Assembly (NCBI GenBank): GCA_965234725.1
Contig: CBDDUX010000026.1
Span: 26,371 to 90,370, forward strand
Length of the DNA stretch: 64,000 nt
Direction of reading: 5' to 3'
DNA from: Thermoplasmatota archaeon
GTDB lineage: Archaea > Thermoplasmatota > Penumbrarchaeia > Penumbrarchaeales > Penumbrarchaeaceae
Shown: in pieces, positions 29,106 through 40,400 of the stretch
Position numbering within the stretch: position 1 is the first letter of the stretch
Layout of the letters: every line of letters starts with the position of its first letter
Notes under the pieces: generated by a model
Told to the model about the DNA's origin: nothing
The model's input: only the letters and a program-made list of their open reading frames with translations
Databases searched by the model: none
Position numbers and translations under genes: made by a program

Positions 29106-31385
29106 CTAGGTCCCTTCCTTTTGGGAGGGTCCATCGTCAAGATCTCCATTGGAAGTTATCTCCTTTGGATCTGAATGTTTTTTCATTGTTACCTTGAATT
29201 CCTTTAATTTCTTCTGGATGCGCTCCCATTTCTCCTTGAGTGAGGCTTCTCTTTCATTCAATGAGGCCTCTTTACCCTGCAGGGAACTTTCCCAGCTCTC
29301 AAGGAAACCCTTCTGACCATCCAGCTGTTCCTTTCTACCTTCAATTTCAATATTTGAGGCCTCAAGGAGCTTCTTGTATTCCTCGAGTCTTTTGGAATAA
29401 TCCTCCCAATCCTTCTTGACCTTTTCAAGCTCAGCGGCTTTTTCAACAATCTTGTTCTCTTTAAGAACAAGTTCCTCCTTGAAGGTATCCGATTCCTGTT
29501 TTTCAGAGGCTAAATTTGCCCTGGTCGAATCAAGTTTGGAACTTTGCTCAGCTAAGTCCTTCTCAGCTGATGCGATCTCTTTCTCCCTTTTGTCAAGGTT
29601 CTCTTCTTTGGGCCTGATGACATTTTCCCTCTCCTCCAGTTCCCTTCCCTTCTCCTCCAGTTCCCCTGATCTCTCCTCTGCCTTTTCCTTTATTGATGTC
29701 AATTCAGTGGAAAGTTTTTCCAAAGATGAGGTCTGCTCATTGAGCTCGATCTCCTTTTTTTCCGCATTCTCTTCTCTTTTCTTCATAACAAGGTCCAAAC
29801 GGTCCAATTCTTTTTTCCGCTTGGAAAGATCCTTTTCTCTCTCGGATATTCCATTTTCCCTCTCATCAAGTTCTGCAGAATGGTCCACAAGTGACCTTTC
29901 GGTCTCCTCGATCTCCTGGGTCCTTTTTTCAAGGTCCTCCTCTTTTTCTTTAATGATCACCAAATTATCTCTGATACTGGACCGATCCTCTTCGAGTTTC
30001 TCTTCGATTTCCTTGATACGTTGTTCCTTCTCTGAGAATTTAACCACCCTTTTTCCAAGGTCCGCTTCCGCAGCAGCGAGATCGTTCACATTCTGCTTCT
30101 GTTTCTCATCTCTCAAATCAAGTTCGTTTGAACGGTTCTGTAATGAATCCTCTCTATTCTTGATATCATTTTGAAGTGCCTTCAACTCTTCTTCCTTTTT
30201 CTCAAGGGAAGAAAAGATCTCATCCAATTCCCTGGACCTTGTATCAAGGGCTGCGCTTCGGGAATCTACATCCTCCAGCTTCTTCCTCCATTCTCTCCTC
30301 TCTGCCACTATGTGCTCTTTTTCGATCCTTGCTGAACCGATCAATGAATCGAGTTCCTCTTCCTTTCCCTTGAGGACCGATGTCAATTCCTCATTCTGTT
30401 CGAGGTTCTTCTTCGAGATGTTGAGTTCTATTTCCTTTTCGTTCAGGGATGCCTGTCTTTCATTCAGATCATTCTCCCTCTCATCCAGGTTCCTGAACCG
30501 ATCGAGTATGTCCTTTGATCCCTCTCTTTTCCTTTCGAGTTCCTCTGAATCATGGGAGATCTCAAGAGCCTTTTCCTCAAGTTCTCCTCTGTATCTCTCA
30601 AGTTCCTCTCTGAACTTGAGATTTGATTCCCTGTCCTCTTCCATCTCTTTTTTAAGAGTGTTGACCTTTTCTCTCTCTTCATCCATTTCGGCGTTGAGCC
30701 TCCGGATCTCATCTTCCTTTTCCTCCAGAAGGTCCGCGGCCTGGTGATCGTTCATGGAAGTCCCAGAGACCATTTTCAGTTCTTTGGAAAGCTCCTGGTT
30801 CTTGGTATTGAGGTCGGAGATTATCTCTGCCTGGTTTTCGATCCTCAGTTTTAGTTCGTTCAATTCCTTGATATGCCTCTGGTGGATCTCCTCTGAGCCA
30901 TCTGTTTTGCTGGTTGAAGTTGCTTCCCTTGCTTCCTTGAGGTCACTCTGGAGCTCTATCATCTTCTTTTTAAGGTTCTCGTTTTCTTCCATCAATTTAT
31001 TAAATGAGGCAGGGTCGACCTCCATTTCCTTGATCTGGTTCTGTTTCTTTATGATCGATCGAAGCTGTCTGTTTATTGATCCATAGATCTTGATCTCCTC
31101 ATCCCTGTCCTTCCCATCATTTAGCTCTTTCAGGTCTTCTTCCTTGGATCGAAGGTCTTGAGATATGGCATCAAGTAGTGCAAGTGTCTCTTTGTCATCA
31201 GAACCTTTCTCAACGGAACGCTTCCTTGCATCCCCTTCCAATACGCTGGAATCAGGCATGACAGTGAATATACCCTGGCATTTCATGCAGCTATATGCCT
31301 TGGGACCCGTGGATACTTCTGCCCAGAGCTTTGACTTGCAGAAGGGGCAGGTGAAGATCTTTCTGTTCGAACCTTTAATATCCAA
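29106..31385 (-). CDS. Long coiled-coil protein with N-terminal zinc ribbon
   Basis: N-terminal CPFC...C..C ribbon, then 700 aa of E/K/L/R heptad coiled coil; same strand and adjacent to the 27025-29064 gene. Confidence 0.6.
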   Translation of the reverse strand: MDIKGSNRKIFTCPFCKSKLWAEVSTGPKAYSCMKCQGIFTVMPDSSVLEGDARKRSVEKGSDDKETLALLDAISQDLRSKEEDLKELNDGKDRDEEIKIYGSINRQLRSIIKKQNQIKEMEVDPASFNKLMEENENLKKKMIELQSDLKEAREATSTSKTDGSEEIHQRHIKELNELKLRIENQAEIISDLNTKNQELSKELKMVSGTSMNDHQAADLLEEKEDEIRRLNAEMDEEREKVNTLKKEMEEDRESNLKFREELERYRGELEEKALEISHDSEELERKREGSKDILDRFRNLDERENDLNERQASLNEKEIELNISKKNLEQNEELTSVLKGKEEELDSLIGSARIEKEHIVAERREWRKKLEDVDSRSAALDTRSRELDEIFSSLEKKEEELKALQNDIKNREDSLQNRSNELDLRDEKQKQNVNDLAAAEADLGKRVVKFSEKEQRIKEIEEKLEEDRSSIRDNLVIIKEKEEDLEKRTQEIEETERSLVDHSAELDERENGISEREKDLSKRKKELDRLDLVMKKREENAEKKEIELNEQTSSLEKLSTELTSIKEKAEERSGELEEKGRELEERENVIRPKEENLDKREKEIASAEKDLAEQSSKLDSTRANLASEKQESDTFKEELVLKENKIVEKAAELEKVKKDWEDYSKRLEEYKKLLEASNIEIEGRKEQLDGQKGFLESWESSLQGKEASLNEREASLKEKWERIQKKLKEFKVTMKKHSDPKEITSNGDLDDGPSQKEGT

Positions 31386-31778
31386 TCACATCACCACACG
31401 AACATAATGATCCAGGGACCTTTCCCCCATATGTAGGATATATTTTAATACGTTTTGTTGGATAATGCCAAATTCGATCGAACATCCATTGATTTATTGA
31501 ATTAGAAGGTGACGATGATCGATGGATCGATCGTTCCTTCGGATATTTTTTTCGGGCTTTTGGTGACTTGTCTGATGATATACCAGAAACTTAATGAATG
31601 TTTACAAGTGTGGCCAATCCTAGGCATATCGAAAAGCAAGTTACTACCCATGTCCCTTCATATGATCCGGACTGGGAGTGGATCGAGACTTATAGTATAG
31701 ACATGAAATGGTGGTGGGATCGTGCCGATCCCCTGGGCAGGGATCAACTCTTTCTAAAAACAGCATGAAGGCTAAAGA

Positions 31779-32105
31779 ATGATCGTGTCTAAGAAACTGA
31801 AATGGAATCCGAACAAATGGAAGGAAAAACCCAGGTATGAGCTGGACCTCTCTATAAACAAGAGACGTATTCACATTTTTTACCATCACTCAGAGATCTC
31901 CGAGGGGAGATTGATCAACGATATTGAAGAAAGGAGCGGTCAAGAGGTAGTTGTCTATATACCGGAAATGCCCAAAATTGGAGAGGATATCACCTTCTAT
32001 CTATGTATAATAGGATATCTACCCAATTACTCAAAACTCTGTCCTCCGGAATCTGGGTGCTGTCCCCATTGCGGAGAAAGAATATCGGGATACAGTGAGG
32101 CATAA
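31779..32105 (+). CDS. Small Cys-rich (zinc-ribbon-like) hypothetical protein
   Basis: C-terminal CPPESGCCPHCGE cluster; upstream of J-domain gene on same strand. Confidence 0.25.
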   Translation: MIVSKKLKWNPNKWKEKPRYELDLSINKRRIHIFYHHSEISEGRLINDIEERSGQEVVVYIPEMPKIGEDITFYLCIIGYLPNYSKLCPPESGCCPHCGERISGYSEA

Positions 32106-32223
32106 TATCTCCTTCAAGTAGATCCGGATCAATTTCCAGATCATAACCTCTTTTTAAAAATGATCGGATAATTCACAGGATTATAGTTTGTGACATAAAC
32201 TTTTTAAACACATCCAGGATTAG

Positions 32224-34335
32224 ATGACTATGATCAACCAGGGAACCCTGGGCCCAACACCTCAGGCACGCCGAGCTTTCGTGGCATTGGGTTTATGCCT
32301 GGTATTCTTCCTTTCGGTCCTTTTACCAACCGGAAATGTGATGGGAATGGGATCCCGTGCTCTGGTAACCTACATCGGATCGATCGAAGGGGACGGAGAT
32401 GATGGAGAGACGGTCCTTGCAGGTTATCGATGGTATACCTGTAATTTCACATTCATAGACTGGATCGAGGGAATTGACTCTTCCCTGGTCACAATTGAGA
32501 GGGGAGAGGGAGAGGATGAGGAGCTTTTCCATTTCGATCCGGAGGGATCCAATCTTACATTTTTGGAGACCTCAAAGACTATCGATGTAAAGGACCCGAT
32601 GATCGTACTTCAGAACGGTAGGAACCTAACCCTCACCTTCAAGATCTGGATCCACTTGAACTGGACATTTCAGACACAGGTGACATTGAAACCGCGCATA
32701 TGGAGCAATGGTTCTGAGGTCGGCCTCGATTCACCCCAGTTACTGAGGTTTGATATCTATGGATATCTTCAGCCTGTCAGAGACCTGATAAGGGTGGTAG
32801 ACCACTTAGGAAATGATATCCGGACAGGAGAAGCGGTCCTTTCAAACTCCACCATATCATTAACCGGACTCAATTTCGAATATGATGATAACTCAGAGAG
32901 ATTCTCCGGGCTCAGGCCGGACCCTGAAAGGGTCCATCCGCAAGTGGAATATGGGACCATGTCCACGAACGCTACCTTCATGACAAACGGATTTCAGGCA
33001 GAGATCATGGTTCCGGACCTTGAAAGCGGAAACCTGATGCTATCCATAGACATTCCGGGTGTGAGGAGTGAATGGAAACTCGCCCTCTCGGCATGGTCCT
33101 TCTCTCTTGACATCGACGGGATAGGACCGAAGATAGAGATCACCAAACCAGCCCCTGGAAAGACACAATCCGATAAGGAATTCGTATGGAACATCACGGT
33201 GACCGACCGACCCGTTACAGCTGGTGTTTATGTAAACGGTTCAACTGTCAGATATCGGGTCTGGACCATAGAATCGAACTGGTCACAGTGGTACGATATT
33301 CCTTCCTCAACTGATGCAAGGTCCATCTTCTTTTCCGGTTCTGCTACAGGTATTCCAGGGACCGGGACCACAATGATCCAATTTATGGCCGAGGATGTTC
33401 TTGGCAATGTCAATATCACAGAACCATACCCTGTGAAGATAAACAAGGCCCCTTCCCTGAACATCTCAGAGGTCATAATAGGCCTGGAATTGCCCAATAA
33501 TAGTTCATTGGAGTTAGACGGATCGGACTATGTCAGCGATCCGGACGGGGATGCCATATTCTACAAATGGTATCTTGATGATTCCGAACCACTCTCCACC
33601 CTTGCAAATTTCAGAAAACCCCTATTTGATGTGGAACCCGGTGTCCATACCATCAAACTGGAGATAAGTGATGGCCACGAAGAGGTCTCACAGTCCTTTA
33701 CATTCAATGTCACCAAGGCTAAGGACCGAGATGAGGGAAAAACCTGGTTCGAGGAGTTGATGGAAGATGAGAACCTTTTCTGGTATCTTCTTCCCATCGC
33801 CCTTATTGCTATATTGATACCTCTCATCGTACTCATCCTTTTCATATCAAGGAAGGCCAGGGAAAGGAGGGGGGACGATTTCATCATCGATGAGGATAGG
33901 GCCATGGACATGTCCCAGGCAGAGGAGACGGCAAAGCGGATATTGGATAATATGACCGCCAGGGAATCCGTTGATTTTCAGACATCCTCCTATGCTGTTA
34001 CCATAGATGAGGGATTCGATTTCGATTATGATCTCTATGAGGTCCTTGGCCTTGAATCGAACGCAACTGAAACTGAGATCAAGAAGAAATACCGCAAATT
34101 GGCGGCATTCTATCATCCCGACATGGTCGCACAGCACGGGGAGGTGTCCGGGGAGGATTCCGCCGAGGAGATGATGAGGATAAACAAGGCAAAGGAGGTC
34201 CTTCTTAATCCAGAAAGGAGGGTTATCTATGACTCCTACATCAATGACTTGGATTTCTCCATGGATATCGGGGACATGGGGGACATGGGGGATATGGGGG
34301 ATGACGATCCCGACTTCGATGATGAATGGACTTGA
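32224..34335 (+). CDS. Type-I membrane protein with large extracytoplasmic domain and cytoplasmic C-terminal J (DnaJ) domain
   Basis: N-terminal signal/TM, TM LLPIALIAILIPLIVLILFI at approx aa 515-535, J domain DLYEVLGLESNATETEIKKKYRKLAAFYHPDM...AEEMMRINKAKEVLLNPERRVIYD with HPD; (MGD)n acidic tail. Confidence 0.7.
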   Translation: MTMINQGTLGPTPQARRAFVALGLCLVFFLSVLLPTGNVMGMGSRALVTYIGSIEGDGDDGETVLAGYRWYTCNFTFIDWIEGIDSSLVTIERGEGEDEELFHFDPEGSNLTFLETSKTIDVKDPMIVLQNGRNLTLTFKIWIHLNWTFQTQVTLKPRIWSNGSEVGLDSPQLLRFDIYGYLQPVRDLIRVVDHLGNDIRTGEAVLSNSTISLTGLNFEYDDNSERFSGLRPDPERVHPQVEYGTMSTNATFMTNGFQAEIMVPDLESGNLMLSIDIPGVRSEWKLALSAWSFSLDIDGIGPKIEITKPAPGKTQSDKEFVWNITVTDRPVTAGVYVNGSTVRYRVWTIESNWSQWYDIPSSTDARSIFFSGSATGIPGTGTTMIQFMAEDVLGNVNITEPYPVKINKAPSLNISEVIIGLELPNNSSLELDGSDYVSDPDGDAIFYKWYLDDSEPLSTLANFRKPLFDVEPGVHTIKLEISDGHEEVSQSFTFNVTKAKDRDEGKTWFEELMEDENLFWYLLPIALIAILIPLIVLILFISRKARERRGDDFIIDEDRAMDMSQAEETAKRILDNMTARESVDFQTSSYAVTIDEGFDFDYDLYEVLGLESNATETEIKKKYRKLAAFYHPDMVAQHGEVSGEDSAEEMMRINKAKEVLLNPERRVIYDSYINDLDFSMDIGDMGDMGDMGDDDPDFDDEWT
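34270..34300 (+). repeat. 9-nt tandem repeat (GGGGAYATG)x3+ encoding (MGD)n at the C-terminus of the J-domain protein
   Basis: ggggacatg ggggacatg ggggatatg ggggatg read directly. Confidence 0.7.
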
Positions 34336-34365
34336 TGGTAATCTGAGGGTAATTACCCCTTGTCC

Positions 34366-34378
34366 CTTTATATAAAAG
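34366..34378 (+). promoter_or_regulatory. TATA-box-like element upstream of giant pilin-like gene
   Basis: ctttatataaaag about 35-45 nt upstream of TTG start; AAGGAG RBS at 34398-34403. Confidence 0.35.
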
Positions 34379-34411
34379 ATCGGAACCTAAACAGTTCAAG
34401 GAGTTGATGAT

Positions 34412-37400
34412 TTGAAGAGATTATCGTCCGTTTGGAAGAACAACGGATCGAAGGATAGGTTTTTAGCGGTATCCGAAGCCGTTGGAACGGTCCTCCTTCT
34501 TGGCATATCCATCACGCTAGCAGGCGGTATTGCGGTATGGACCTCCAATATTGAAGAAGGTGAAGAAGGTATCTATGTCGATCTTTGGGCAAATGTTCAG
34601 GGAAACGACCTGGTTATTGTCCACAGAGGTGGGGATCACCTTGACGGAGTGAATACAAAGATAATGATCACAGATTCATCGAGATACAGTGTTATAGAAA
34701 ATACTTACACTGTCATGTCAGGAACGAACGATGATACCTGGTCTCCTGGAGAGGAGTTGGTTATCGATATAACAAATCCTTCTGTTACAGATACGTTCAA
34801 AATAATAGTTACAACCACCAGAGATAATGGTGAAGCTGTTGTTATTTTCAACAATGAATTGCAGAGGTCTAATTCCAATACCGGTCTCCCTGACCTTGCG
34901 ATCACAATGATAAATCTGAGAGACTCAGAAGATAATATCGTAACCACTATTCTGGACAATGGAGCATACGTCATCCAGATAAGGGTTTCGAATTTCGGAT
35001 CTGATATGACGACCGTCCATCATTCGGATCTTGGAAATGGTGCTATATCAAATCTCAAGATATTTGACTCGAATGAACCCATAGATATGGCCTCGGTCAC
35101 TTACAGTCATTATACAACCGGAGATGTAGAGGTCTTTGGTCCTGACGACCTGGGGAAAATGAAGAATGGAGATTACATGGTATTTGATTTCATTTGGCAG
35201 GTCTCCGGCAGCATTCCAAGATCACTTGGTCTCCATAGATTCAATGTGAAGGTCATTCCTGTTTATACTGGAGAGCTGAATTACAGGAACAATTACATCG
35301 AGAAGAAATTCAATGTTGATAAGGAACTGACACCTCTCGATATCCATGGTCCGGACCCAGGTATCTACGATATTCTTTTCTCGAACGAAGCTCCAAACAG
35401 TGGTGAGGAGGTTACTGTTACAGTGATCATCCAGAATTCCGGTGATGAAGGGATCGAGATCACGCATGGAGTTAATTTGATAGTCACAACTTGGGAACCG
35501 GAAAGGTACCATGACTCTTATGATGAAAGTGAGATCCATGATTGGAAGATGGATTATGAAGGATACTATGGCATGTGGAGGAGTGAATACAGTGAGGTGA
35601 TCCCTGTAACCGAGGATGACACATTCCCTACCTGTGTCAGAACAAACATCGAACTTCTCCCCGGAGCGTATCTATTCTTCTATTTCACCCTGGAAGCAAG
35701 GGTTGACGTCCCTGGAGGTGAACAGTGGGTTTTCGCAGCGATCGATGCCTTCAATGATAATTCTCAACCCCAGGGGATCGGATATTATCCAGGAGGAGAT
35801 GATCCAGGCGACAATATGAGGCTCGGAAAGATCCAGGTCCTTCCGAGGATCCTGGTGGTCGATGATGACGGATCTCCAACAGGAACCGAGGGTGACATGA
35901 CATCAACAGTTCTTGAAGCTCTCATAGGAGCTGGTGTGACAGTGGACAAGGTTTTCACTTCCCAGGAGGTAAGCGATCATTCTGATACCAGGGATGCACC
36001 GGCTTTCTCCTACAATCAAGCGGAGATATCCGCACCTGCAATGGAAGATTATGATATTGTTATGTGGGTGACCGGATTCGAGACGGATCCTCTTACCAAT
36101 GTTCCAAACGATCCTGTGAAGGATATTGGAGGAAATATCCAGGAGATAATGAAATATCTTGATTCAAACAGATATTTCCTCTTGGTTGGCACTGATCCTT
36201 TCAACGGATTGATGTCCTACTTCAATTCAAAGTCCACAACAGATCGTATTGTGGAAGACGACCCGAGCTTGGATGCCACTGCCTTCCTCTACAAATACAT
36301 GGGGATACAGCAGGTTACAACAGATGTTAACATTTCTGCAGGTGATCCCCCAACGTTACATGGAATGGACATATTCGTGGACCTTCAATTATCATCACTT
36401 GAAGGGGACCTGATAATCACACATAAGTCCGGAGATGATATCAGTGGCACTAATACAAATATTGTGATCTACGATCAGTTTGCGACACCTGTGATATCAG
36501 GTTCATATTCAGATTTTTCAGGTACCTTTGGAGAGGATTGGTCATCAGGGACCGAAGTAAGCATCGATCTGTCAACTTTGACACTTTCCGACACCTATGA
36601 TATTGTCATCACGACCCCGAGGGACCTGGGAAGTACCATGATAGTACACAAGAACGAGTTCACAATGTCCGATGAGATCGGAGAAAATCCTTCGATAAAA
36701 TATGGTGATATTTACCCGGGAGGTATATCAAGCAGGGATGAGACAATTGAACTCCTCACCCAGACTCCAGGAAATGGATTGATGAACCTCTTTGTAATAA
36801 GGAGTAGCTATGAGGAGAATCTCTTCGAGATACCTGTGGGAACATTAACGAACTCGGATGAAGTTGTCAAGGCAGATCCAAGTTTCAATTCGATAAGGTC
36901 CTTTGGTACACCTGATGAAGACCTATTCGATGCTGCATACCGATCGGTCGTGCTTGGCTGGGACATTACCCAGATAAAGTATCTCAACGAGAAAGTCGAC
37001 CTTTTCTCTGATATACTCAAGTGGTTCGACTGGGAGGTGGAGGTTGGAAGGGACCTTGCTGTTACAAGGATGAACCTTTATATCATCTCAGAGGATGAAG
37101 AGGGAAATTGGTTCAACGATCCTGTGGACGAGGATAATGCTCCCAAGTACCTGGACACTGTTCTTATTGAAGCATATGTGAGGAACAACGGACCCAATCT
37201 GGAAAGTTCTTCAGTAATGTTCTATGTCACAGGTCCAGATGGTTTGGAGCTTCCGATAACACCGAACATTCCAGATCCCAGAGATGACCTCGAGCCCGAA
37301 TATTATGATAATCCATATGACATGAACGGTCTTTCAGGAGGGGGGGCCGAGGAAAGCGTTTTCAAATTATGGCTTGCGGTGGGAGTAGGGACATACACAT

Positions 37401-40400
37401 TCAGGGTCGTTGTTGATCCATTCCACCTTATATCTGAGATAAGTGAGGAGAATAATGATATCTCGTACTCCACATCGACAATAACATCTTTCGTAACCAA
37501 GAACAACATCCTTGTTGTCGACGATGACATGTCAACTGATAATTTCCCTGTTGGCATGGACGTTGGAACCATGGATCTGAGGAGGATCTCGTATGCTTCC
37601 CTTGGAGGAGAACCCTCACAGGTGATAGAGGATACACTTGTTTCTCTGGAATATGATTTCGATAACCATGTTGTGGAAAATGATAATGTAGGGGGTGTAT
37701 GGGATTATGCAAGTGGACTTTCCATTCTTGATCTCAAGAGATACAACTCGATAGTATGGGTCCTTGGAGATTCAGGGTTAAAAGATGCAACAAACAGGGA
37801 AACTCTCACCGACAAGGACATGGAAGCCATCAAGAGGTATCTGGACGGTGATTATCAGGAGGCCAAATACCTGCCGGAAGACCATCATGAAAACCTTATG
37901 TTGATAGGGACGAACCTTACCCATGACCTTAGTGTTTCAAATGATGAGATAACCATGCTCTCAGGGAATTATTTCCTATTTGACCTGATGGAGGAATATT
38001 TCGGCATACTTCCGAATGTTCCGGCTACTAATATCGGAACCACTCTTGTGGGGCCAACAGAAGGAGAGATCCTTGATGAGGTATATCATGGAATTGATTT
38101 CGAGTTTGGAGAGCTTGACTCAGTATATGAATATTCAACTCTGGATCTGGCACCTCCAATGGATACCTATGCAGAGGTTACACCTGGTCTTTGGGCCGGG
38201 GCAGATCTCATATCCGCACAGTACAAATATGACAATATCGAATCTGCAATGGCGATCCAGAGGAACTTCCAGGTCATAGTGCATACATGGCAACTGACAA
38301 GGGCCTCTGTGCTTGCTAGAGAGAGCCCCCTCAGAGAATTGGTGTATCTACCGCTTCACTGGTTCGATACGCCTGAGGACGATCCGGAGCTTCTCGGTAG
38401 GTCCTCAGATATATTTCTTGATAACACGAATCCTGTGATCGGAAATTCATATGTGATCCAGGTTGAGGTTGCAAATCTTGGAGGAGCTGCAGGCGGTGGT
38501 ACAATCGGATTCATGGATGGGGCATCGCTTATCCAGTCCGAGAACCTCTATCTGAATGCAGATACCACAACAACCGTTGAAGCTATCTGGAAACCACTCT
38601 ATGCTGGTGAAAGGACCTTGACCATATGGTTGGATCGTTACAACGATACTTCCGAGGTCTTCGATATTCAGAACAATGCACCATCAATTACCATCGATGT
38701 GTTCTTCTTCTGGGACGATATGGAAGCCGGAGATGACAACTGGGACCATGATTCGACCATCCTGAGGATAAACGGTGAAGGAACACTTGATTATATGAGT
38801 GAACCAACCTCTACGAACATCGAGAACAAGTGGCTGGCAATGAATGGTTTCAATGTGAATACCGATGTTGAGAATACAGTTGTTCAAGGTGAGTACTACA
38901 GCTCTCCCAATTCATTTTACATGTATGAACCCAGCCTTTCCGGTACCTCGAGAAAGGATATGGATCTTGTAATGATGCTCGACACATCAGAATCAATGGA
39001 TGATGGTGGTTGGGATCTAGCAATTGAAGATTATCAACCAATTGGGAATATGAAATTGGCGGCAAAGAATATTATAGATCAGTTGACACCAACAGATCGA
39101 ATTGCAATCTATTCTTTCAATGGACTTGGTGCTCCAGTCCAGAGGTTTTCATTCACATATATGACACAGACCAATCGTGAGAATGCAAAGGATGAGATAG
39201 ACTCCTTGACAGCAAGTGGGGACACTCCTCTTTGGGACGGGATAGGTGAGGTTATCAACTATGTTTTAACCAATCAGAGGACGTCGAATGTTTATACATC
39301 GATAATTTCTTTGACAGATGGGGATGACTTTGGAAAATTTGAAAGAGAGGATGGAAGCACTGTTTATTGCCCAGGTTCTGAAAGATCTACATATTACGGA
39401 TCTCATACTTGGGGAAATGCCCTTGGTTTGAAATGGGGAGATTCCAGTATTGACTTCAGAAATCAGGGATCGGCCAATGGAGATGATATTCTCAGGGTTG
39501 GTGGGGAAGGAGGAGTACCTTTGACCGGGTCATGGCTTGATCTTCAAGATTCAACAAGGACCGGACTATTGTATTCACCTATCCCTGTATTTACTGTTGG
39601 ATTGGGGATATCCCCTCATGAAGCTGATCCACTGAATCCAACAATTGGTACGAATTATTTCTTTACTACAGAATATGACCTTTGGCGTGTTGCTGAGACT
39701 TCCAAGGGGGAATATTATTATGCATCTGATTCCACGATCCTTGGAAAGATATTCCAGGAGATATTCAATCAAGTGGAACAGAATGCGCAATCATCTACTC
39801 GTGGTGAACCTTCAAGAGCCGCAGGACTCTGGACAGATGGGAATGAGGTTGCCAGCAACAAATACATGCACACCAGTATAGTTGACCTGAAATATGCGGA
39901 TACGGCAATACTTTCATTCAACCATAAATACAACATGAAGGTCGGTTCCAACGGCGGAGTGATCCTTATTGGAACAGATACAGACGGTGATGGGTCCTGG
40001 GATTTCGAATATGTTCAGCCAGATCAGGCTTATACCGGAAATTTCCTCACTTCACAATGGGACAATCTAAAAGACAGTTATGGAAACAGGATGCGTTGGT
40101 GCTGGAACGGACTTTCCGGTGGAGGAAGCCTCGGATGGGATCATGTGACCGTCGATCTTGAAGAATTCCTAGGTGAAGAGGTGATCGTCGCATTCATCTA
40201 TTACTATCTAGGGGGAGGAACAGGATACGGTTGGATGATAGACGATGTTGACATCAAGATATCCACATTTGATACCAATCTGGACAAGGGTTTATCCGTT
40301 GACAGCTGGACCCTTCAAAATGTGACCGATGTTGGGTCTACCAGGGGAGTTGGATCATACAGTGGATATAATTCCTGGTTCATAGGCGATCCCAACAATG

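Noticed and set aside
29416-31086. Ser-rich plus-strand ORFs 29416-30174, 30310-30747, 30754-31086
   Set aside because: Antisense to the 759-aa coiled-coil gene, with the same low-complexity artefact.
35830-35880. ILVVDDDG blocks in the giant pilin-like proteins resembling the start of CheY receiver domains
   Set aside because: The context is extracellular, within secreted adhesins. They are more likely a flavodoxin-like or class-I-glutamine-amidotransferase-like structural module than a phospho-acceptor domain.
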